Below, one piece after another: positions 35,718 to 45,376 of a stretch of DNA of 64,000 bases. The notes under the pieces are model-generated. The model was not told the DNA's origin, ran no database searches, and saw only the letters and a program-made list of their open reading frames with translations. This stretch comes from Pseudomonadota bacterium. Lineage in GTDB: Bacteria > Myxococcota_A > Polyangia > Polyangiales > Polyangiaceae. The stretch's first letter is position 1. The number at the start of each line of letters is the position of its first letter. A program made the translations under genes and the position numbers. The stretch lies in NCBI GenBank assembly GCA_023432025.1, contig JAEYVE010000083.1:4244-68243 (forward strand). Reading direction: 5' to 3'.

Positions 35718-36824
35718 TCAGACGAGCGAGAGCACCAAGTCGTCGCGGTGGACCACGATGATGTCGCGTCCGTCGCCGAGGAGGAGCTCCAAGTCGCGTC
35801 CTTTTTTTCCGGCGGCGCGCGCGACCTCGACGGAGCCGAGGCGCGAGAGGCCGCGCCCCACCTCGAGCCCGTCGGGACCGAGGATTTGTACGGCGTCGCC
35901 CGGGTGAAACTCGCCGCGGATGCCGACGATGCCCACCGGCAAGAGGCTGCCGTTTCCGCCGCGAAGCGCCGTGACGGCGCCAGCGTCCACCAGCACCGCG
36001 CCCGTGGGGCGCAGCGTGTAGGCGATCCAGTGCTTGCGCGCGCGCAGCACGGGCTCCGTGGCGGGAAAGTACGTGCCCACGTCGGCTCCCGCGAACGCGT
36101 CGACGAGGACGTTTTCGCGCGGCGCAGGTCCAATGATGACGGAGGCGCCCGAACGCTGCGCCTTGTGGGCCGCGTCGATTTTGCTCTTCATGCCGCCGGT
36201 CCCGACGCGGTCCGCCACGGCGCCGAGATCGGAGAATCGTTCTTTGTGGTCGTAGGTGGCGATGCGCTCGCCCTGCGCGTCCAGCACGCCGGCGACGTCC
36301 GTCAAGAGCACCAGCGCGTCCGCGCCCACCAGGGGCGCGACCATGGACGCGAGCTGGTCGTTGTCTCCGAAGCGCAGCTCCTCCGTGGCCACGGCGTCGT
36401 TCTCGTTGATCACGGGAATGGCGCCGGCGTCGAGCAGCGCGCCGAGCGCCGCGCGCGCGTTGTTCAAGCGGGTTCGGTCGGCGAGGTCGGCGTGCGTCAA
36501 GAGCACCTGCGCGGCGGTGAGGCCGTGCTCGGCGAACGCTTCGTCGTAGCGCCGCATCAGGACGGATTGACCCGCGGAGGCGGCCGCTTGCAACGACGGT
36601 ACGTCGGTGGGGCGCGTTTCGTAGCCGAGGCGTTTGCAGCCAATGGCGATGGCGCCGGAGGAAACGAGCACGACGGCCCGCCCCTCACGCGTGAGTGACG
36701 CGAACTGAGTCGCCAGGCGACGCGGGTACTCGGGATCTTTGGCGAGTGTGCGTGAGCCAACCTTGACGACGATGCGCCGCGCCTTGACCAGAGCCGTGCG
36801 AGCAGAAGTCACGGGCGCCTCCAT
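35718..36824 (-). CDS. proB: Glutamate 5-kinase with a PUA domain
   Basis: RIVVKVGSRTL, VVLVSSGAIAIG, PVINENDAV, FGDNDQLA and GTGGMKSKI, followed by a C-terminal PUA-like region. ATG at 36824 within ORF 35718..37535. Confidence 0.9.
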   Translation of the reverse strand: MEAPVTSARTALVKARRIVVKVGSRTLAKDPEYPRRLATQFASLTREGRAVVLVSSGAIAIGCKRLGYETRPTDVPSLQAAASAGQSVLMRRYDEAFAEHGLTAAQVLLTHADLADRTRLNNARAALGALLDAGAIPVINENDAVATEELRFGDNDQLASMVAPLVGADALVLLTDVAGVLDAQGERIATYDHKERFSDLGAVADRVGTGGMKSKIDAAHKAQRSGASVIIGPAPRENVLVDAFAGADVGTYFPATEPVLRARKHWIAYTLRPTGAVLVDAGAVTALRGGNGSLLPVGIVGIRGEFHPGDAVQILGPDGLEVGRGLSRLGSVEVARAAGKKGRDLELLLGDGRDIIVVHRDDLVLSLV

Positions 36825-36877
36825 AGCACGCCGCTCGTGTCCGACAGGGGTCTCGCGCGAAGCCGCGCCGGACGCCC

Positions 36878-37720
36878 TCAGCCTGCTTGGGGGGAGCCGC
36901 GGTGGCCGTGTCCGAGGGGGGTGAGCTCGCGGAGCGCGACGCCCGCCCGTGCGGTGAGCTCGGCGATGGCGCGGCCCGAAAGGCCACGGACCACGAGGGT
37001 GTTCGGCGCCGAGCCCCGGCTGACCGCAGCGCCCGCGGTGTCCCGGAGCGAGCTGACGAGGGCGTCGTCCGCGCCCGTCGTTCGCACCAAGAAGACGTCC
37101 GCCTCGCCCAGCCAATCGGCGGCCTGGAAGGGCCCCAGAGCGTGCCCCGCGCGCACGACGACCACCCCGGCGTCTGCGCGTTCGCACAAGCGCCGCTCCC
37201 AGGGGCCGTCCAGATCCAAGAGCGCAATCCACGACCGCTTGGCGAGCTGCGCGGTGAGCACGGTCTCGAAGAGCTCTGCCGCAGCATCCTCCAGCGTTGA
37301 AAACGGGCGCTCGAGCAGCACCACGCGCGGCTCGGTCACGAGCGCCGCCGCCAGCGTCAGGAGCCGACGCTCGAGCGGCGTGAGGCGCTCGATTCGCACC
37401 GTGCGCCGGGGCCCGAGACGAAGGGCGTTCAACGTGCGCCGCGCCGCGCCTTGGGGTGCGCCAGCGAGCGACGCGGAAGCGTCGAGCGCGCTTTCGACGG
37501 TCCAGCTCGGATCCCACTCGAGCGTCGCGCGGCACAAACCCAGCGCACCCGAGCGCAAGGCAGCGCGGGGCTCTTGCCCGCCAATCTGCAAGGAGCCGCC
37601 CTCGAGCGACGCCTGTTGCAGCAAGAGCCGCACGAGCGCCCCGTGCTCGCCGACGATGGCCGCGCCACGCCCTCGCAGCGAGAGGTCTCCGAGCTCGAGG
37701 AGGCGCGCCGAGCCCGCCAT
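36878..37720 (-). CDS. Degenerate ABC-ATPase-like protein (all nucleotide-handling motifs substituted)
   Basis: An ABC scaffold is recognisable but altered. Walker A is GEHGALVR, the signature is LTPLERR, and Walker B is VVLLERPF. No H-loop His is present. ATG at 37720. Confidence 0.5.
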   Translation of the reverse strand: MAGSARLLELGDLSLRGRGAAIVGEHGALVRLLLQQASLEGGSLQIGGQEPRAALRSGALGLCRATLEWDPSWTVESALDASASLAGAPQGAARRTLNALRLGPRRTVRIERLTPLERRLLTLAAALVTEPRVVLLERPFSTLEDAAAELFETVLTAQLAKRSWIALLDLDGPWERRLCERADAGVVVVRAGHALGPFQAADWLGEADVFLVRTTGADDALVSSLRDTAGAAVSRGSAPNTLVVRGLSGRAIAELTARAGVALRELTPLGHGHRGSPQAG

Positions 37721-37787
37721 GACGCGGCCCACCCTGGTCGTCAGGAGGGCGGGCTCCGCAGCCGTGGAGCTCGGCGGAGAGGCTGGC

Positions 37788-40436
37788 TCAGGGGAGGCCA
37801 AACGGAAGTACCTCGATGCGAGCGAGCGGCTGCGCGCCGTCGTACAAAGCAAACGGCGCGGCGGCGCGAACCAGGTCGAGAAGGCCGTTCGGCAAGAGCG
37901 CGCGCGTTTCCGCAGCGGCTTCGGCGCGCACGCCCTCCACGCCGAGGATGCGACCGAGCAAGCTCTGATCCGGCTCCGGCCACTCGATGATGGGGCTGTC
38001 GCTCCGCAGACCGGCGGCGGCTCGCGCGTAAGCGAGCGCCTGACGGAGGCCGCCGAGCTCGTCCACCAGGCCGCGTTCCTTGGCTTGACGACCCGTCCAC
38101 ACGCGTCCGCGCGCGACCTCGTCCACCTGCTCCTTGGTCATCTTGCGACCGTCCGCTACCCGACGCAGGAACATGCCGTAAAACTGGCGCACCTTGCGCT
38201 TCAGCTCTTCCTTTTCGTCGGCGGTGTAGGGCCGATAGATGGACTCTGCGTCGGCGCGCGGCGCCGTTCGGTACGTTTCGGCGTTCACGCCGATTTTTTC
38301 GAGGAGCTGCGCGATGTCCGCCTTGCCGTAGAAAATACCGATGCTGCCGGTGATGCTGAGCGGGTTGGCGAAAATGCGCGTACCGGGCGCGGAAATGTAG
38401 TAGCCGCCGGACGCCGCTGCGCTGCCCATGCTCACGATGACCGGTTTGTGAGCGGCGGTGAGCTGCACTTGGCGCCAAATGACGTCCGCCGCCATGGCCG
38501 AGCCGCCGCCGGTCTCCACGCGCAGCACCACGGCGCCGATCATGGGGTTTTCGCGGGCGTTCTTCAGTGCCTCCGCGATGGTGTACGAACCTACGGTTTC
38601 GATGCCGATGAACGGGTACGTCTTGCTGCGCCCGTCCACCATGTCTCCGTCCACGTACACGACGGCGACGTGCTGCTGCGGGCCAAAGCGCTGCTTTCGA
38701 CGCGGCGCGCGGCGATCGTCCAAAAGCGAAATGTCGCGCCCCGTGAGCTTTCTCACCTCGTCTTCGAGCATGTCGTCGAAGGCGTAGCCGTCCACGAGGC
38801 CCGCGCGCTTGGCTTCCGCCGACACGAAGGGGCCCGAGGCGATGGTCTTGCGCAGCTGCTCCGGCGGGAGCTTGCGCCCCGTGGACAAGCCGTACGTCAG
38901 CTCCCGTTCGACTTGGCTCAAGAGGTCGATTTTATCGGCGCGCGCCACGTCCGTGGACTCGCTGCGCACGAACGCCTCCGGCGCGCTCTTGTGCTCACCG
39001 ATGCGCACGAAGTCCGCCCGAATGCCGAGCTTGTCGAGCAGGTCCTTGAAGTAGAGGTACGTGGTGGAGAGCCCCGCGAAGCGGACGCCGCCGGCGGGGT
39101 TGATGAGGATGCGGTCCGCGCCCGCGCACACGTAGAGCGCGCTGCCGGAGGCGTCCTCCAAGTGGCAGAGAACCTGCTTGCCCTTTTCGCGCAGATAATA
39201 GACGGCGTCGGCGAGCTCCTGCGCCTGCGCCAGCGACTCGGCGGGGCTCGAGCGGAGCTCGAGCACCACGGCGTGCGCTTGGGGTTCCTCGTCCGCCAGC
39301 GACCACAGGCGACGGAGCAACGCCACGTGCTCGCGCGTGTCCGGCTTGCTTTCGAGGCGAATGCGCACGGCGTAGCCGACGTTCTCTCCGCCCGTGTTTT
39401 CGCGGAAACCACGCACGGCGACTTCTGCGGCGATGTTCTTCTGCACCTCGCCCTTGGCGTCGTTGCCGAGCGCGTCTCCGAAGCGCGTGCCGGCGCTCAG
39501 CTCGAACGAGCCGCCCATGGCGTTGCCGAAGAGAACCAAGTTGGCGGACGCGAGCCAGGCGCGCTCGCGCACCTCCGAGGACGGGTCGCTCACCTCGAAG
39601 TCGCCGCGGATGCGCCCGAGCTCGGGGATGCCGATGTCGAGCACGGCGCGCGGCACCCAGTAGCCGCCTTCTTCGTCGATGAATTTGCCCTCGAAACCGA
39701 GCTCGAGGAAATCCGTGCCGAGCGGACGAATGGCGCCGGACAAGACGTAGGACGGACCCAGGCGCACTCCGAAATCACTCGTGGGCCCGTTGATGTCGTG
39801 GCCCACGACGGCGGCCGCGAAGTAGTCGCTGGGGCGGATGGTGCCACCCAGGGACCAGCTGCCGTAGCCGTGGGCGAGGCTCGTGTCGGAGTACGAACGT
39901 TGCAGTGAGACGCCGAGCGAAGCGCTGTCCGTACCGAGCGCGAGCGCCCACGTCAGCCACTGGTAGTTGGCGGACTGCCCCAAGAACATGTCGCGCGAGG
40001 CGGCGTCCGGCGGGTCCACCATGTCGAAGCGAAGACCGGTAGCCAACGGGAGAAAGGGCAAAGGAAAGGCGAGCCCCACCGCGTTGCCCTGCGACGGAAT
40101 CAGCGAACGGTCGTCCAGAAACTGCCCGGTCCAGCGTAGCTCGAAGCCCGGCATCACTCCCAAGTTGGCGGGGTTCTGGACGATGGCCGTCGAGTCCGCG
40201 TTGGTGGCGGCGGTCCGCGCGATCGCCGGCAGCGGCACGGGGCGCTGCACCGGCTCCGCCGCGCTCGCGGAGAAAGCGCCCGCGAGCGCGCACGAAAGAG
40301 CCGCCGCGCCGAGCAGCGCTCTTTCGTTTCCTCGCCGCGCACGTGGGCGCGTTGCGCCCGAGGGGACTTGGGGGGATCGAGAATTCGACGACCGAGCGGA
40401 GCGGCGAACGATGCCGCCCTTCGAAGCAAGCCTCAC
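37788..40436 (-). CDS. sppA: Signal peptide peptidase SppA (two S49 repeats) preceded by a roughly 330-aa beta-rich N-terminal domain
   Basis: S49 blocks are AVVLELRSSPAESL...GSALYVCAGADRILINPAG and AVVLRVETGGGSAMA...SMGSAAASGGYYISAPGTRIFANPLSITGSIGI. The N-terminal region after the signal peptide (ALLGAAALSCALAGAFSASA) is rich in alternating strands. The GTG start at 40436 overlaps the upstream TGA. Confidence 0.8.
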   Translation of the reverse strand: MRLASKGGIVRRSARSSNSRSPQVPSGATRPRARRGNERALLGAAALSCALAGAFSASAAEPVQRPVPLPAIARTAATNADSTAIVQNPANLGVMPGFELRWTGQFLDDRSLIPSQGNAVGLAFPLPFLPLATGLRFDMVDPPDAASRDMFLGQSANYQWLTWALALGTDSASLGVSLQRSYSDTSLAHGYGSWSLGGTIRPSDYFAAAVVGHDINGPTSDFGVRLGPSYVLSGAIRPLGTDFLELGFEGKFIDEEGGYWVPRAVLDIGIPELGRIRGDFEVSDPSSEVRERAWLASANLVLFGNAMGGSFELSAGTRFGDALGNDAKGEVQKNIAAEVAVRGFRENTGGENVGYAVRIRLESKPDTREHVALLRRLWSLADEEPQAHAVVLELRSSPAESLAQAQELADAVYYLREKGKQVLCHLEDASGSALYVCAGADRILINPAGGVRFAGLSTTYLYFKDLLDKLGIRADFVRIGEHKSAPEAFVRSESTDVARADKIDLLSQVERELTYGLSTGRKLPPEQLRKTIASGPFVSAEAKRAGLVDGYAFDDMLEDEVRKLTGRDISLLDDRRAPRRKQRFGPQQHVAVVYVDGDMVDGRSKTYPFIGIETVGSYTIAEALKNARENPMIGAVVLRVETGGGSAMAADVIWRQVQLTAAHKPVIVSMGSAAASGGYYISAPGTRIFANPLSITGSIGIFYGKADIAQLLEKIGVNAETYRTAPRADAESIYRPYTADEKEELKRKVRQFYGMFLRRVADGRKMTKEQVDEVARGRVWTGRQAKERGLVDELGGLRQALAYARAAAGLRSDSPIIEWPEPDQSLLGRILGVEGVRAEAAAETRALLPNGLLDLVRAAAPFALYDGAQPLARIEVLPFGLP

Positions 40437-41641
40437 GTGTTCACCTCGGCCGGGAGCATGCCGCGCGCGCGCGCCACCGTGAAGATCTCCTCGCTGCGGC
40501 GCGCGAGCTCGTCGTGATCTTTGACGGGCAAAAAGCGCGATCCTGCGCCCGCGCGAGGGACGACCAAGTAGCGCGTGGGCAGCGCGAACGTCACCTCGCC
40601 GATCAGGCGCTCGAATTGGACGACCGGCTCGTCGTCGACCTTCTTGCTCACCACGAAGTACGTCCACTCGATCTCGAGATCTCGAAGCTGGACGGCGTCG
40701 AACACGAACGTGTTGACGTTGAACACGCGCACGCCCTCCGGATCGAAGCACTCCGGGAGCCGGAACTCCTCCAGCACGACCGGTTGCCCATCGAGGCGCA
40801 CGGGGATGCCGCCGCGGTCGCCCGGGACTTTGTCGACTACCTCGCAAGTCACGGCTTTTTGGCCGTCCAAGTGGAAGCCGACGACGAGCGGATCGAGCCC
40901 GCCGCCGAGGTTGTCCAAGTTGGTGACCATGACCAAACGCCCGCCCCCGGCGATGAAGCGATCGAGCAGGCCGCTTTGCGCGAGCGCTTCGGGCAAGTCT
41001 CCGTGCCCCGGCGCGTGGACGCTGGGCTCACCTCGGGCGTCACGAAACACGCGGCCCTCGGGCGTGAGCCGCACCGACAGGAGCTGCGGAAACACGGCCA
41101 CGTCGAAGCCGTCGAGGCGCGCGCCGAGCGCTTCGCGGATCGGGCCGTCGGTGGTGTGGCTGCTCATGAGCCACAGCGGCGCGCGCGCGCCGTAACGCTC
41201 CACGAGCGTTTCCGCTTCACGGAGTCGGAGGTCGAGGAACGTTTTCCCAGGAAGCGCTTCGACCAGCGCCTTCACCACGCCGCCCATGCGCGTCGCCATG
41301 CCGCCGGCGAGCACGACCAGCGCACATTGCCCGGCGCGGAGCGCGGCTTCACCGAGCGCTCGCAGGCGCGCCTCCTCGGCGCTGCCCGGGGCGGGGAGCG
41401 TGGCGAGGTCGTCGCTCTCACACGGTGTGACGACACCGCGCACGCGGTTGTCTTGGGCGGCAGCGGAGCCGTCGCTCAAGCGGGCCGCCAATTGGAAGAA
41501 GCGGGCGCGGTCGAAGCGATGTCGCGTCAACAGGGCCGCGACCTCCTGGGGTAGCGCGTCCAGCTCGTCTGCGAGCGTTCCCTTCGTCGGCGTACTCGTG
41601 GCCAAGGTCATGTCGTCCTCCAACGCCCCGCTCTTCGTCAT
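40433..41641 (-). CDS. UDPGP-family (eukaryote-type) UTP--sugar-1-phosphate uridylyltransferase
   Basis: ALVVLAGGMATRMGG (compare LNGGLGTxMG), LWLMSSHTT, HAPGHGD and VTNLDNLGG are present. Confidence 0.75.
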   Translation of the reverse strand: MTKSGALEDDMTLATSTPTKGTLADELDALPQEVAALLTRHRFDRARFFQLAARLSDGSAAAQDNRVRGVVTPCESDDLATLPAPGSAEEARLRALGEAALRAGQCALVVLAGGMATRMGGVVKALVEALPGKTFLDLRLREAETLVERYGARAPLWLMSSHTTDGPIREALGARLDGFDVAVFPQLLSVRLTPEGRVFRDARGEPSVHAPGHGDLPEALAQSGLLDRFIAGGGRLVMVTNLDNLGGGLDPLVVGFHLDGQKAVTCEVVDKVPGDRGGIPVRLDGQPVVLEEFRLPECFDPEGVRVFNVNTFVFDAVQLRDLEIEWTYFVVSKKVDDEPVVQFERLIGEVTFALPTRYLVVPRAGAGSRFLPVKDHDELARRSEEIFTVARARGMLPAEVNT

Positions 41642-41793
41642 GGGCGGGTACTATATGGGCGAGGCGCACGCTTGGTTACGGCCGAACGTCATGATTTTGC
41701 AGGCGCGCGCGGAGGGCCGAGCGTAACCCGGGCTCTTTCCGGCGCGTGAGCGCGGCTTTTGTGTGGAGCGGGCCCGCGCGCCGAAGTTCCACT

Positions 41794-43428
41794 ATGCTGA
41801 GGTCGCACGTGTCACTCCGTCGAAGGGCGCTCTCCGTGGGATCCCTCGTCGCTCCTCTGGCGCTGGCTGGCGGGTTGGCGGCGGCGCCGGTGTTGCACAA
41901 GCGCTTCGAGCCGGACGCCGCGGACGACATTCGTCGCGGCGCGCGTACCGCCGGGGGGCGCATACCGGCCGCCATGAACACGGAGAGCGGCGTCGTGCGC
42001 GCTCCCGACGAGCACTCGGCATCGCGTCCAGGCGAGGTGTACGGCGCGGCCGCGGCGAGCGGTGGGTCTTCGTACCAGATCGATCGGCTGACGACGCAGC
42101 CCGACGTGGTGAGCTACGACGACCCGTTTTCACCCAGTGTCGTCCCCTTCAAGCGGCTTTACGCGTTCGACGCGGTGGGGGAAGCGCTGGACCTCGTCGT
42201 GGGAGATCCGCGCCTTCACCCGGTCGACGTGGGCGGCTCCGTCGCTGCTGGAGAGGACGCCTTTTACGGGGATCTCAGCGTCGACTTGGTGAAGGACGTC
42301 CCGGTGCGCATTCCGAGCGTGGGCCCGGACACGGCGCTGCGCGCCCTCCAAAGCGACGTGAAGGCGAAGCTCGAGGTGCGACGGGACGGCGCGGACAATT
42401 GGTTCGTCGTTTCCGACCGCTCGACGCGAGCGCGTCTCCTCGTGCAGTTGTCGGTTCCGCGCGCTGTGTTCGGTGGAGAGTTCGGCGCCGTCAGCTTTGC
42501 TTCGCTTTCGGCGCACGTCCGTCCATTGCCGGAGGGCGTGCGTGGGGCCGCCGATCGTGTGCTTTCGCACATTGGTGTCCGCACGGGCGCATCGCCTCGC
42601 GAGGTGCTCACGGCTTTGGTCGCGTACTTCCGCTCGTTCGCACCTTCGGACGACGTGCCGACGGCGCAGACGACGGACGGTCTGTACGAAGAGCTCGCCT
42701 TGTCCAAGAAAGGCGTTTGTCGGCACCGCGCGTACGCTTTTCTCGTCACGGCCCTGCGCGCCGGTCTGCCGACGCGGTTCGTCCACAACGAGGCGCACGC
42801 GTGGGTCGAGGTGTTCGACGGCAAGCTCTGGCACCGCATCGATCTCGGAGGCGCAGCGGGGCGCTTGGACTATCCCAAGTCGCCGGACGTTCCGATCCAT
42901 CGTCCTCCGAGAGACCGGCTGCCGTGGCCGGAGAACGCCTCGCCCGGTTTGGGGCTCTCGGAAAGCGGCGGAGCGAGCTCCGGTTCCGCGCCGGATCCGG
43001 GCGGCGCCGCGCAGGACGGTCGGGAGCCGGCGGCGCAAGCTCCCGGGTCCGCTCCCGGGTCCGCTCCCGGGTCCACGCCCACGCCCGCGCCCACGTCTGC
43101 CATCCCGCCTCCTTCGACCCCGCAAACGGAGTCTCCCGCACGCGCGCCCAGTGAGGTCACGCTGGAGCTCGGGGGACGCGACGTACGGCGAGGTCACCCG
43201 CTGCGCGTCTTCGGACGGCTCACCAGCGAGGGACGCCCGTGCGCGTTCTCCAGGGTCGATCTGGTCTTGCGCGGCGGGGATGGCCGAGATCTGCCGCTCG
43301 GCTCACTCGCCACCGACGAGAGCGGGCGTTACGCCGGAGAGGTCGTGATGCCCATGGACGCTCCTGTCGGGGACGAAGTGATCGAGGCCAGGAGTCCGGG
43401 CAGCGGCCGTTGTGGCCCGACGCGCTAA
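41794..43428 (+). CDS. Secreted transglutaminase-like cysteine protease family protein with a Pro-rich linker and a C-terminal beta-sandwich-like domain
   Basis: Signal peptide SLVAPLALAGGLAAAPV. The core reads KKGVCRHRAYAFLVTALRAGLPTRFVHNEAHAWVEVFDGKLWHRIDLGG and carries the Cys-His-Asp triad. Confidence 0.8.
   Translation: MLRSHVSLRRRALSVGSLVAPLALAGGLAAAPVLHKRFEPDAADDIRRGARTAGGRIPAAMNTESGVVRAPDEHSASRPGEVYGAAAASGGSSYQIDRLTTQPDVVSYDDPFSPSVVPFKRLYAFDAVGEALDLVVGDPRLHPVDVGGSVAAGEDAFYGDLSVDLVKDVPVRIPSVGPDTALRALQSDVKAKLEVRRDGADNWFVVSDRSTRARLLVQLSVPRAVFGGEFGAVSFASLSAHVRPLPEGVRGAADRVLSHIGVRTGASPREVLTALVAYFRSFAPSDDVPTAQTTDGLYEELALSKKGVCRHRAYAFLVTALRAGLPTRFVHNEAHAWVEVFDGKLWHRIDLGGAAGRLDYPKSPDVPIHRPPRDRLPWPENASPGLGLSESGGASSGSAPDPGGAAQDGREPAAQAPGSAPGSAPGSTPTPAPTSAIPPPSTPQTESPARAPSEVTLELGGRDVRRGHPLRVFGRLTSEGRPCAFSRVDLVLRGGDGRDLPLGSLATDESGRYAGEVVMPMDAPVGDEVIEARSPGSGRCGPTR
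43039..43074. repeat. 12-bp x3 perfect microsatellite encoding (APGS)3 in the transglutaminase linker
   Basis: gctcccgggtcc is repeated three times head to tail. Confidence 0.9.
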
Positions 43429-43842
43429 ACGTCTCGGGCAGCGGTGTCCGCGGCGCTCGGCGCTCGGCGCTGGTGCAAAGCATCGCCGGAGCGTGCGAGC
43501 GCGCGAGGCGAGGGGAGCCCATGCACCTGGGGGGCATTTCCACGGCGAGTCTCCCGAGGCGCCCGGCGTGACGTCTCGCCCGAGCCACGCGACGTGATTC
43601 GTAGAGGCCACGGCGGGGATCGCTGGCTCCCCAAGGCAGCGACGTACAGGGAGAAATGGACTGGGGAAAACTTGGTGAAACAGTTGTTTCGACCCCGTCA
43701 AAGTCGCGAATTTCTAAGGGGGAACAGAGAATTCAAGAATTTCCCCAGCGGACCGAAAGCCAAGACCATTTACTAGGTGGAAGCCTTCCAGATACTAGCT
43801 TGTTGCTACCTGGGCGAAGTGCCCTCGGTGGGCCGGAGCACC

Positions 43843-45261
43843 ATGACCAACGAGAGAAAGATCAGGGAAGGTTTTCTCCAGAATTACGCGTCGGTCGTGA
43901 CCTTGGGCCAGCGCCTGGTCGACGCGGTGCTGATCGTGGTTTCGCTCTACGTGATGGTCGGCGTTTACGACCAGCCGTGGCGTGAGCTCGAAACGATCGC
44001 CGCGTGCGTCGCGGTCATCGCCTTCTATTTGGTCTCCGAAATCAACGGACTGTATCGCTCCTGGCGAAACACGTCCGTGATTCAGGAGATCAGTCGGGCG
44101 CTTTTCACCTGGGGCTGCACCGCGATGCTCCTGCTCCTGGTCGCCTTCTCGCTCAAGCGCTCGGGGGACTTCTCCCGCGTCGTCAGCATCGGTTGGTTCG
44201 TGATCGTTCCCAACCTGATGATCGCGCTGAGGCTCGTGGTGCGCTTCGTGCTGCAGGAGCTACGCCGGCGCGGCCGAAACTCCCGCTCCGTCGTCATCGT
44301 GGGTATGACGCGTGTCGCGCAGCAGCTGGCGGATCACTTGCAAGATCCGGCGGCGGGCATGCGCCTGGTCGGCTTCTACGACGACCGCATTCCGTCTCGT
44401 CGCGAACAAATCACGGGCACCACGGCTGAATTCCGTGGCGGCTCGGACGCCCTGGTGCAGCACGTTCGCGAAGAAAAAATCGACTACGTCTACATCACGC
44501 TGCCTCTCCGCGCCGAAACGCGCATCAACGATCTGGTGCAGCGGCTCTCCGACACGACCGCGACCGTGATGGTGGTCGGAGACTTCTTCGTGTTCGACAT
44601 GCTGCACGCTCAGTGGTCCATGGTCGGAGACGTCCCCGTCGTCGCCATTTTGGACACGCCATTTCAGGGCTTGGGCGGGTGGATCAAGCGGCTCGAGGAC
44701 ATCGTCCTCAGCATTCTGATCCTGCTGCTCATTTCGCTGCCGATGCTGGTCATCGCCCTGCTCATCAAGCTGACGTCGGCGGGGCCGGTGTTCTTCGTGC
44801 AGCGCCGCTATGGCCTGAACGGCCACGAAATTCCGGTCATCAAGTTCCGCACCATGACGGTTCAAGAGGACGGAGCAGAAGTGCGTCAGGCCCAACAGGG
44901 CGACCGGCGCGTCACCAAGCTCGGCGCCTTCTTGCGCCGCACGTCATTGGACGAGCTGCCACAGTTTCTCAACGTGCTGGCCGGTCACATGTCCATCGTG
45001 GGTCCGCGGCCCCACGCCGTGGCGCACAACGAGCTCTATCGCTCGAAAATTCACCGCTACATGCTGCGGCACAAGGTGAAGCCGGGCATTACGGGGTGGG
45101 CGCAGGTCAACGGTTGGCGCGGTGAAACCGAGGCGCTCTACAAGATGGAAAAGCGTCTCGAGCACGACCTCTACTACATCCACAATTGGAACTTGCTGCT
45201 CGATCTCCGCATCATCTTCTTCACCGTTTTCGGTCGGAAGGTGCGGAGTAACGCGTACTGA
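43843..45261 (+). CDS. Polyprenyl-phosphate hexose-1-phosphate transferase (WcaJ/WbaP-type priming glycosyltransferase)
   Basis: N-terminal TM helices, then PVFFVQRRYGLNGHEIPVIKFRTM, DELPQFLNVLAGHMSIVGPRPH and PGITGWAQVNGWRG. Its GC content is lower than the window average. Confidence 0.9.
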   Translation: MTNERKIREGFLQNYASVVTLGQRLVDAVLIVVSLYVMVGVYDQPWRELETIAACVAVIAFYLVSEINGLYRSWRNTSVIQEISRALFTWGCTAMLLLLVAFSLKRSGDFSRVVSIGWFVIVPNLMIALRLVVRFVLQELRRRGRNSRSVVIVGMTRVAQQLADHLQDPAAGMRLVGFYDDRIPSRREQITGTTAEFRGGSDALVQHVREEKIDYVYITLPLRAETRINDLVQRLSDTTATVMVVGDFFVFDMLHAQWSMVGDVPVVAILDTPFQGLGGWIKRLEDIVLSILILLLISLPMLVIALLIKLTSAGPVFFVQRRYGLNGHEIPVIKFRTMTVQEDGAEVRQAQQGDRRVTKLGAFLRRTSLDELPQFLNVLAGHMSIVGPRPHAVAHNELYRSKIHRYMLRHKVKPGITGWAQVNGWRGETEALYKMEKRLEHDLYYIHNWNLLLDLRIIFFTVFGRKVRSNAY

Positions 45262-45376
45262 CGGCGAGGCCGCCGTCGAGGTAGCCCTGAACAAGCGCTC
45301 CGGCGGCCAAATCCGCGCGGGCGCGGGCGCCCGAACACCGTTGCCAGGCGACCTGCCTGTCTTGTAGGTAGGGCCG

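Noticed and set aside
43039-43074. A 12-bp x3 microsatellite, (APGS)3, in the transglutaminase-like gene.
   Set aside because: It is real but is an ordinary low-complexity linker repeat. It is listed as a feature only.
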